A stretch of DNA of 64,000 nucleotides from Eledone cirrhosa. Taxonomy: Eukaryota. The notes beneath the pieces are model-generated. The model was not told the origin of the DNA and ran no database searches. It was given only the letters and a program-made list of their open reading frames with translations. Shown here piece after piece: positions 27,201-39,200 of this stretch; position 1 is the stretch's first letter, and the number at the start of each line of letters is the position of its first letter. The position numbers and the translations under genes were made by a program. The DNA is taken from contig OZ024740.1 in NCBI GenBank assembly GCA_964016885.1, positions 294,562,001 through 294,626,000 of the forward strand, in the 5' to 3' direction.

Positions 27201-30200
27201 AACACATCAATTCTGGATTCTTTAAATTTCTTCAATGCTTCAAGACGCTATAGAATAGAATATAAAAATTAAATGTTAGTAGATATGTTAACATCATAAC
27301 TATTTTTTGGTGGGGCTAGTAAGGGTTAGATAGGTTGTTACAGACGAGTCGGGGGACTGCATCTTACTTATGTTCCCACACTATCGACTGGCCTGGTGCT
27401 CATAACTCATATACGATCCTGTTCTCTACTAAATGTAACTTATCATGGCATCAACATTAGAGAGGTTGTAGGCCATTGACTCAACTGAAGAGCCCTCACT
27501 ACTATAACATCAGTTTTCCAATATCCAATTCAGACATAGATTGGATATGTATGCAATAAAACAATTATGTGTTTTTACTTGTGTATATCAATAGCGCCAG
27601 ATTTACCAAAACAAATTTCTCCCAAGTCTTTTTCTTTCCACTAAAAGTATCTACCATCATTTTGCATCCACTCATCAATTCTTGCATGGATTGGACAGCA
27701 TCTTTCCACCACAGCATTTCTCTATTCACTGCAGTCCTTCACTATCTCCGCTGTGAGCTTCAGTGATTTGAGATCAGCTCTCACTACCCCTGCCTAGGTC
27801 TTCCTTGGTCTACTTTTACTGCAGCTACCATTTTTTGGCATTCCACCCAACAATCATCATCCATGCGCATTTCATGTTCATACCAGTGTAGTCTTCTCTC
27901 CTGCACACTACACTTAATTCTTCTTATATCCAGCTTTTCTCTTTGCTCAGCTGTACTTTTTCATTCACACACATTAGTAGTGAACATCCATGCTTGCTTC
28001 ATTTCTCTCCAGCCTTTGTATATTCACTGCTAACGTTGCACTACCATGCATCGTCATGTATCAAACATAGGCATCATACAGCTGAATTTTTATTCATAGA
28101 GAGAAACATTGTCAAAAGAGGTTGTGACTCTCTCAATTTTGTCCATCCTGTTCAACATACAGCACTTATTCACTGTGCATGCACTAGCTGTTTTGTTACT
28201 TGTTCATACTTGTACAGATGCATCTCTCTAGTACAGAAGTTTCCAAATTTTGGGGCCACTGCCCCCCTCATGGCCACGTAATACCATCAGCGCCCCAATC
28301 CTATTTCCAGAGAGACCAGCCTACACGAGAATAATAAATAATATATAATATATACTCTGTATAAATAAATATTATATATTTTTTTACTTTACTATATTTA
28401 TATATAATATGTATCATTTGATATTTAATATACTATTATATCATCTCCACCCCCACCCCCACGGCACACACTTCAAGAACCTCTGCTCTAGCACAATAAT
28501 ATCTGCACATTTTGTGCTGGAGCCACAATAAAATGCACCTAGTACACTCTGTAAAGTAGTGAATGAACAAAGACAATGTAGGGTCTAGAGCAGGCATGTC
28601 AAACTGAGGGTCCCCCGAGGGCCACATAGGTCACATGTGTTGTCTGAGGGCCACACATGACAACTAATTTTTTTAATTTTATATCACAAAGATAAAACAT
28701 GCTCAGGCTGTAAAAACCTTTGTGCTGGCCACAGGTGTGCTTGTAAAGGGCCGCATGTGGCCTGCATGTTTGACATGCCTGGTCTAGAGGACTGTAAAGT
28801 AATTGGTGAATGAATGAAGACAAAGTGTCAAGCAAACCCTTTATTCTTGCTGGGAACAAGACAACCACCTTAGTGCTGGTGCCACAATAAAATGTACACA
28901 GTACACTCTGTAAAATGGTTGATGTTAGAAAGAGCAAGTATGAAACAGACAAATATGAAAAAGAGAGGTGATAAAAATAGTAATATCTTTGTTACTAAGA
29001 CTAATATGATAAAGAAAAGTATTAAGATAGTAATAATATCTTTGTTACTAAGACAACTATGAAAAAGAGAAGTATTATCATAGTAATAATATCTCTACGA
29101 CTAAGACTAGTATGAAAAAGTGAACTAATAAAAATATTAATATCTTTGTTCATAATACAATTATTAAAAATAAAACAGAATATCTTTGATACAAAGACTA
29201 GTATTTTACCTGAGCCTGAGATAAATTTCCATGTAATTCTCCAACATTGATCCCACATAAACCAAAAATAATATGCATTCGATGTGCTTGTTTCTTTGTT
29301 TGCAGGAAAATTATACAGTGGTTGCAAAATATACGGCTTACTAATGCTGGAGAAGTTGTAAAAAAATATGAATTAAACCATTTAATATAATAATATATTA
29401 AATTAAAATATACAACTCAATAGTGCTGTAATAGCAACAGGTTGTGAAAAATATGAATTTTAATCCTTTAGCATTTAAACTTGCCATATCTGGCCATAAT
29501 TCTCTCACCTCTTTCTGTTCAAATTGTACCAAATTGCCAAGAAAATCACCAGCAGCTCTAGAGCTAACTCAGGCCCGGTGAAAGCGAAAGATGGTACGCT
29601 GCTTTCCATGGGTGAAGAAAAGTTAGTCAGATGGGCTGAACATTTCAAGGAAGTCCTCAACCGACCGGAACCACGTATGCCAGCAGACACTAAGGAACTT
29701 ACTAGTTTGTTACCTATCAATACTGATGACTTCACGGAGAAGGAAGTCCGCATGGCCATCAAAACCCTTAAGAATAACAAGTCACCAGGTATGGATGGTA
29801 TTTCTGCTGAAATGCTGAAGTCAGGAGGCGAAAGCATGGTCAAGTGGATGGGCCACTTATGTAATCTTGTGTGGAACACAGGTGAAGTCCCAGAAGACTG
29901 GAGAAACGGAGCGGTTGTCTGTATCCCCAAGAAGGGCAACCTTGCCGATTGTGACAACTGGAGGGGAGTGACACTTCTCTCCATACCAGGGAAGGTCTAT
30001 TGTCTAGTGATCCTGAACCGCATGCGTGGCATGGTAGACCGGGAACTGCGAGAACAGGCAGGGTTCCGACCAAAACGTTCCTGTGCAGAGCAGATCTTTA
30101 CACTACGCCGCATCATTGAGAGGTACAACAAATTCCAGAGGCCCCTCGCCATCAGCTTCATCGATTTCTCCAAAGCATTCATCGACCGTAGCTCTGGAGC

Positions 30201-33200
30201 ATCATGCATGAGTATGGTCTACCCCAGAAAGTCATTTCGGCAATCAAACAGATTTACGCAAACTCCAAGTGCTGCATACGGACAGAGGATGGTTACAGTG
30301 ACTGGTTTAAGGTGGTTACTGGCGTGCGTCAAGGTTGCTTGCTCTCTCCAATTCTCTTTGCCATAGCCATTGACTGGTTACTAAGAAGAGCATCTAAAGA
30401 CCAGGGTATATCTTGGGTGGGAGAGCAAAAATTGTGTGACCTGGACTTTGCGGACAATATTGCTGCACTTGCAGAGAGCACAGCTGACCTGCAAATCATT
30501 GTGAACAATATCAATGTTCGAAGCAGGAAGCTTAGGTCTCAATATCAGTGCCAAGAAGACCAAAAGCATGTTATCTGGGACACACCCACCACCAACCAGT
30601 GTCTTCATTGAACAGGGGGAGGTGGAGATAGTGGACAACTTTACCTACCTAGGAAGCTCCATTAACAATGAGGGCACCATGGACAGTGAATTGCAATGTA
30701 GAATGTGAAAGGCTTCAGCAGCATTTAACCAGCTTGACAAGATCTGGAAGAGCAGGAAGTTCACCCTCAAAACAAAGATGAGATTCTACAACAGCAACGT
30801 GCTGTCCACACTCTTGTACGGAAGTGAAACATGGCACCTTAAGACCAGCCAAGAGAAGAAGTTGGACGCATTCGATTCCAGATGTCTGCGAAAGATCCTG
30901 GGGATTAAATGGAGTGACCATGTAACAAACCAGGAAGTCAGGAACCGCACCAACCACCAGCTAGTCTCTTCTACCATCTGAAAGCGACGCCTGGGCTGGT
31001 TTGGACACGCTTTGAGACTTCCCCCGGAAAGACTGGCGAACCAAGTATTTAAATGGAGCCCGCAGGGAAGCAGACGGAGAGGGCTCCCAAAATGAACTGG
31101 CGCCAGACAGTTGAGAGGGACCTGCGAGCGACAAACAGACAATGGCGAGACGCTGTGCAACTGGCTGCTGACCGAATGCGGTGGAACACTGTGATTGCCC
31201 CATGCGTCGCAAGACGCGGGAGCTTCTGAGTCTGAATTTCTGTTCAACCTGGCTGTAACTGGCCGTTCATACTGACATTAAGGTACTGTTCGCAAAATAA
31301 ATAACATCAGAATCTCGTAAATTCGATATTATGTGAGATAAATCCTTTACCACGAAAATACAATAGTAAATATAGAGTAATGTGAATGCTAAAGGGTTAA
31401 ATAATGGTTTCTGATTTAGGCACAATTGCCAGCAATTTGTGGGGGAGGGGAAAGCCAATTATATCGATCCCAGTGTATTACTGGTAATTTACTTTATCCC
31501 ACAAGGGTGAAAGGCATAGTTAAATTTGATGGGATTAGAGCTCAGAACATAAAGGGCTATAACTATGCTGTAAAACATGTTGCCTGATACTGCCACTCCA
31601 TAATAATATATTAAATTATAGGTTAAATCAATTATTAAAATCATATCCTCCCAATGACCAACAGTGTACAATGTTATCTTAACTCTTTTCATACTAAACT
31701 GCCTGAAATCACACTAGGTTCTACAATCTTTGATCACTATTTTATGTAAGAACTGAGAAGGTTGCATTACTAATATAAAGGCAAATTGGCAAAGTCATTA
31801 CAGCATCAAATAGAATGTATTGTGGTATTTGTTCCAACTATCTGCGCTCTGAGTTCAAATCCGACTGAAGTCAACTTTGCCTTTCAGCTTTTTGGAGTTG
31901 ATTAATAAAGTACCAGTTCAGTACTAGGCTTGATTCTTCTCTTTCTCGCTCTCTTGAAGAAATCAGCTGAAGTGAGAACAGGAGAGGTATGCACTCTGCC
32001 GAGTTTAAAATGCCTAAGTAGTTAACAATAGCACCCCATAACTCCATCAGGAGTAGAGGGCTCAAGAAAGGGAAAAAATACAGAGACACACACACATTTA
32101 TATATATATATGACTAGGTTTCAAACAGATTTTTTAATACCAAACCATGCTCACAAGGCAATGATCAAACTGAGGTTATGTCTAGAGTGCCATGCTGTGG
32201 GATCAAACCAGGTATTATTTGTGGAATTAACATTTTAACCTTACAACCATGCCTACACATGTGTATTTTATATTCTAAACAGGATCTGAACCGAGATTGT
32301 AAAGTGACACGATTAGATATTAAATACTGTAAAGTATTTTGTTTGATGCTCTACTGATTCTGCCAATCAATAACCCTGTAGAAGGAACATATCTTTTACT
32401 AGTAATTATATTTCTAATCATAAAGGATTGCATCTTAAAACAATTAAAATTTCACAAGTGAAAATGTTTGCTTTACCTGTAACAACGGCCTCTCTATCAC
32501 CTTCTCTAGTGGGACGTATTCTTATAAATTCTTGTCTCAAACCAAAAGCTACATCTGTGTTTTCATTAATAAAAACTTTTACAGGTTTATTTAGAGATAC
32601 TTTAGCAAGATCTTGAACCTGGAAAATATAAAGTAAAAAATAACTGAGTCCTAGGCAAAACTATCCAATGAACTACTTATAGTTAAACAATGAATTAATA
32701 AATAATAATATATGTATTAAACGCCTCATTACAGAGTAGATTACATGAAAACTGTTTCATTTATTACATGACAACTAATCTATCATACAATAAACAATGT
32801 ATGTGAACTATGAAGAGTATAATTTTCAGTCAATTATAAAATGAATTTTTTTTAATACTAAATCACTTGAAACTGGCTGTTTATTTTAAAGTGTTTATAT
32901 TTATCTAAAAACCTTCCATCATAATCTTATGTAACAACCTTTAAGTTATATTCCAAACTACAACTTAATAAAAAAAAAAAAAATACAATGAAAGGGTTAA
33001 ATATCTTATAGACAACATTATTTTCTGATACATTAAACCATACTCAAGAGACCAGCCGTTTTCCAACCATCTTGCTTCAGATCTACCACTGGGTCTCTTG
33101 CCGGTTGGTTTTTGCCCATAAAATCTGTCCAGTGATTCTTCCTGAGACATTCTAACCACATGTCTATAGTATTTGGAGCTGTGATCTCTCTGTTTGGAGA

Positions 33201-36200
33201 AGTAGTGGTTATTATAACTGTACCAGTTAATTATCCAAGAATGTTTTCATGGCTTTTCATTAAGAGGAACAACATCCAACTGTAGAAACCATGCCAAAAA
33301 AGGGTTAAGAGGTCTCTTCAGTTGGGCACAACCTCTCTATTGTTAGTGGTCTACATGATAAACACATCCAGTACACACTATAAAGTATTTAGTGATAAGT
33401 AAGGGTATCCAGTCAAAGAAAACCTGCCATACAAATGGCTGCAAGTCCAGCCGTGTCAAAAAAATAATAGCCTTAGTGCTAGAACCATGATAAACTGTAT
33501 TCAGTAGAATGTGAGAATGTATGAGATGCAGTCCTCTGAGCATTTGGTAGAATGAGGAAACATGTAAGTGAGATGGTCCATCTGAGAGCTTAGTAGCTCT
33601 GTTTGAGTACTGAGTCAGTCAGTGATGACCTAGCTAACCCTTGCAAGTAGGGAAAAAGGACATTAAATGATATGAATCTAATAGAATGTTCTTGCAGACC
33701 AAGTCTAGATAAAGTAATTGTGTGTTCAATAGATCAAAATTTGATAAATTAGAACTATATATAGGAATCTACAAAAATGAACAAAGCAAATTATTTTACC
33801 TCATCAGTCATAGTAGCTGAAAATAACATGGTTTGTCGCTGTCTAGAACATAAGCGAATAATTTCCTTCATTTGTTCAGCAAAAAAGTCATCCAACATCC
33901 TTTAAAATGAAAATGTTTAAATGTTACTGATATGTTAGGGAATGTGTAACTCATTCAGGTAAAGATTGAAATAATAACAATCCTGAGAAAATATCTAAAA
34001 ACAGGTTTGTTAATTCATGTAATTATATTATATTCACTAGTGAGCAAATTGTTGCGAAGATTTGCAGTAAACCCAAGACTTAATTTTTAATGGTATACAT
34101 ACATAGTGCTGTTTTATACTTTTTAAGAAAGTCTGATTAATGTGGTTTCATATAATACAGAATATTAAGAGTTAAAGGTATAAAGTTAAGAAAAAAGAAA
34201 CAGAAAGAAAAAAAAACAGCATTTGTCATAAGGACCATCACCATTATTTTCAGCGACAAGTATACTTAGCTAGGAGGGAAGCAGAGGATAGAAAATTCAA
34301 GCATGTTTTGCAACGTGAGGACCAGAAACAGGAGGTGTTCAAGATTGCGAGGCAGTGTGTCAGAGAGAGTTGTGATGTCATTGGAGAGAAGTGTATCCGG
34401 AATGATAAAGGTGAGCTTGCCCACACAAGTGCTGAGAAGAAAGATGCATGGAAGAGTCATTATGATAGATTACTAAATGAGGAGAATGCATGGGAAGAAG
34501 AAACCCTACCCCAAGTAGACCCTATAGAGGGGCCAGCAGTACAAGTCAGCAGCAGCGTAGTAAGTAAGGCAATCAAAGATATGAAGATGGGGAAGGCAAC
34601 CGGTCCATCGGGTATAGCTGCCGAGATGCTGAAGGCATCTGGGTCTGTAGGGCACACTATAACCACACGTATTGTTAACCAGGTAATACTAGAAGGTGTC
34701 ATACCAAAAGATTGGTGCAGTAGCATCATTGTCAACTGCTACAAAGGTAAAGGTGATGCACTAGATAGAGGAAACTATAGAGGTATAAAACTGATGGACC
34801 AGGTCATGAAAGTAACAGAAAGAGTTATAGCACAGTTGATTAGGGACCGGGTGAAACTAGACGAGATGCAATTTGGGTTTGTACCAGGAAGAGGCACCAC
34901 TGATGCCCTCTTCCTTGTGAGGCAGTTACAGGAAAAGTACCTAGCTAAAAGTAAGCCACTCTACCTGGCATTTGTCGACCTTGAGAAAGCCTTTGACAGA
35001 GTTCCACGTGCTGTAATCTGGTGGGCTCTTAGAAAACTAGGAGTAGATGAATGGCTTGTGAAAGCTGTACAAGCCATGTATAAGGGAGCAGTCAGCAAAG
35101 TTAGGATTAGCAATGAGTATAGCGAAGAATTTAGCGTACAGGTTGGGGTCCACCAGGGCTCTGTTCTTAGCCCCCTCCTGTTCATCATAGTCCTGCAGGC
35201 AATAACGGAGGAGTTTAAGACCGGATGCCCATGGGAACTCCTGTATGCAGATGACCTCGCACTTATAGCTGAATCTATGGTAGAACTAGAGAAGAAATTC
35301 CAAACTTGGAAGCAGGGACTAGAAAGAAAGGGTCTCAAAGTCAACATGACAAAGACTAAGGTACTTGTAACTAGACGAGAAAACAGAACCCAGATCCCCT
35401 CAGGGAAATGGCCTTGCTCAGTATGTAGGAAAGGTGTAGGTAGGAACTCCATTCTCTGCCCCAAATGCAAACAATGGGTACACAAGAGATGTAGCGGGAT
35501 CTCAGGAAGCTTAATTAAGAATGTAGGCTTCACATGCAGCAAACAGCCACAGGAAACAAGTACCACCAATCTCTGGAAGGGCTCTGTAGAAACAGTAGAC
35601 AGCTTCTGCTACCTAGGTGACCGAATTAGCAGCGGAGGTGGGTGTTCAGAAAGTACAATAACTAGGGTAAGAACGGAATGGAAGAAGTTTAGGGAACTAC
35701 TACCACTGCTAGCTGCAAAAGGCTTCTCCCTCAAAATGAAAGGCAGACTGTATGATGCGTGTATCCGAACAGCGATGTTGCATGGTAGTGAGACCTGGGC
35801 GCTGAAGGTGGAAGACTTACGTAGATTAGAGAGAAACGAAGCCTGCATGCTCCGATGGATGTGTAACAGTAATATACGCGAACGACAAAGCATAAATGAA
35901 TTGAGACAGAGACTGAGCATAAGAGGAATCAAATGCTGTGTGCAGGAGAGGCGGTTGCGCTGGTATGGACATGTGATGCGTATGCGTATGAAGGATGACA
36001 GCTGCATAAAAAGGTGCAGAGTACTAGAAGTCGATGGAAACCGCGGAGTGGGGAGACCCAAGATGACCTGGGATGAGGTGATAAAAGCCGACCTTATCCA
36101 ATTACACTTCTCAAAGGCAATGACACACGACCGTGACCTCTGGCGTCACGCAGTAATACAGAGTACGCGACCTCCCATGGGTAAAGCTGAAGCATATAGA

Positions 36201-39200
36201 CAATATGCCCCCACAACCCCCACCGCAAGGTGGTCGTGGAGGTGCCACGGCAAAAAAGCACCCAGCCCACACTGTAAAGTGGACGTGTAGGCGCCACGAA
36301 AAAGCACCCAGCACTCACTGTAAATGAGGTTGGTGTTAGGAAGGGCATCCAGCTGTAGAAATCAAGCCAAATCAGTTCCTGTATGAGCAAGGCATGGTCA
36401 GCCGACCAGACACTGCCCACAACAGGACAACCCGTCTAACCCATGCTAGTGTGGAAGAACGGACGTAAAACGGTGATGATGATGATGATGATGATGGTGT
36501 TGAATAAGTCAGCCTACATTCTACGCCCTAGATATTATGTTGACCCAGCCAACAAATTAAGTCTAAACTTACACTGAACACCCTAGGTAAAAGTGGTAAT
36601 GTTGACCCAGCCAACAAATTAAGTCTACTACACAAGAACAGGAATAGTTCTTTCAGCAGGCTTCCACATAGTTTCCATCTAACAAATTTCCTTCAGAAAA
36701 CATTCTGTAAAATGGTAGTGCTGGTGCCATAATATGAAGTCACACTGCAAAGCTTTAAACATATAAGGTAACATTAGAAAACATATGTTGTCTGGATAAA
36801 AGAATGGTGACAGTTGCAAAGGTTTATCATAGGTAGACTAGATTAGAATTGACCTAGGGCTAAATGACAACAATAAACTTGTGCAGGTAATGCTGATGCC
36901 AAAGAATTATAAAATATAATTAATCTTGTATATAAAATTTACCTATCAGCTTCATCAAGAACGAGGATTTCTACAGTATGTAGACTAAAATTTGGGGCAT
37001 TATGAAGATGATCAATAAGACGACCAGGTGTTGCAATCACAATATCAGGACCTTTTCGTAAAGCAGCTTCTTGCATTTTCAAATCCAGACCACCTTGATG
37101 AAAAACAAAATAACACAGTATAAACTTTAATTACATCTAGGGCATTTGAATATTTTCAGGAAACTCTGGATTTGCATCTTGAATGTTTCCTTCCAAATCA
37201 CAGGACACCAGGTGGATTTTAATACCAATGCACATGAAACCACCCCAGGATCTTACAAAACTATTTATTTTAAAGTGTTTATATTTATCTAAAACCTTCC
37301 ATTGTGATTTTACACGAGAACATATTAAGTTATGTTCCAAAAATCAGCTTAATAATTAGAAAGTTAGCTAATATAACTAAATCCCTCTAAATTCTTGATT
37401 AATTTCAAAATGATATAAAAACCAGACTGTCTTTTATTAGAAATATGGTAATGAAAGATCAGCAGTGGCCTATGAATGCAACTCTTCCATCTCCATGCCA
37501 TTAATATTGTCCAAGAGAAAGGCAAGGACTAATACAGCTTGGCACCAGTGTTGTTGCAAGCTGGAACAGACACAAGGAATCTTATTTGACACTAACAATG
37601 TTTTTTTAATTGAAGATTATTACTAGATTTTAATGTCCCAAAAAAGCTTGTGCAACATTCCAAAACACTTCCTTATTTGATTATGACAAGAACAAATCCT
37701 GTTAGGGAGCTTCGGTCATGTGAAAAAAAAAAACGTTTTGATAAAAGATGATATCAATCCATACTGTTGTGAAAGACTACAAATATTGAATTGTTAGATT
37801 ATTATTATTCCAACTGGTTAAATGGTTAACTATAGATGATATCTATTTTCAATTTGATAGATAGATAAAGTAAAGTGTATTTTGCTAGACAATGACCATA
37901 ACATTTCTCTAGCTTAATCGGTATGTTGTCCTTATCATCATTTAACATCCATCTTCCTTGCTAGCAAGAGTAGGATGGGTCTTCACAGATCCCGTCAGCA
38001 CTCAAGTGGAGCTACTGACCTCTCAGATGAGCTGGGGACATCCATCTTACTTACATACATTCCTGCACTTATGCTATCTCTTTTATGCACATAACATTGC
38101 ACATCCATACTTCATTTCTTTCTAGTCAACACAGGTCTTCAGCAGTCAAGACTCGTGTCAAACTTTAACAGTTCAACATTATTCACTAGAATTATGTGAT
38201 TTATCTAAACTATAATAAAGTAAGGAGTGCGGGACTGCGTCCAGAATATATTTTTTTATCCCGTTTGTAAAATAAGTTGGATTACTTTGAATAAATAATT
38301 GTTTCTACTTTTGGCACAAGGCCAGCAATTATCCCAGTGCATTACTGGTACTTTATTTTATCGACCCTGTAAGGATGAAAGGCAAAGTTAACCTTACTTT
38401 GAATAAATAATGAAGGAATATTACATAATTTATCTACTAAATTTCCTTATTCTTGATTAAATATAAATAATTTTGTTGCTTATTTTAAGATTCACTTCTT
38501 TAAAATTTTCAAATGTCAACACTTCCGGTTAGCGATCATTTAAATAAACATTCATATATTTCCGTCACTAATTTTCTCCTAATGCAGTTTATATATAATG
38601 TCTTTTTTTAATGTATCATGGATTACGTTACTGATTACATAAGACAGTGTAACACAGTCTTCGTTCAATTTCTGTGTATATTGTCAATTACGATTTTATT
38701 TGATGTATCATATCTACATGCATATATACTTGTGTATAATATCAATATGCACACTACACATGCTAGCAGAAAACCACTCGAAGGGTGGTTTTTCTGCTAG
38801 TAATAATAATAATGAAAATCATTGTGTACAGTGCTCAGGTGCATTACAATTCATCAAAGGTGTATGTATGGGACATAGAATGATATACAAATGTCAGGAA
38901 AGTGAACGGTGTATGAGTCATGGTATACACACAGACACGTGTGTGTGTGTGTGTATGTATGGAGGGGGAATATCAGGAGTAATGTTGCTAAACATCAGGT
39001 ATATTGGTTGCTATCAATTTTAAAAAATGTAAACTTATGATTAATTCAAGGAATGCTGAGGATTTCAAGAGACGTTTACATGAAAATGTTTTACTTACCA
39101 GCAGCAACACATATGTCTATATTTGTGAACTGAGCCAGTTGCCTAGCAACTTGGTGGACTTGGACAGCAAGTTCTCTGGTTGGAAGTAACACTAATACCC

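Noticed and set aside
34961-36061. Antisense ORFs overlapping the LINEs (also 16137-16862, 29505-29984, 60567-61274)
   Set aside because: Shadow frames opposite the RT coding strand
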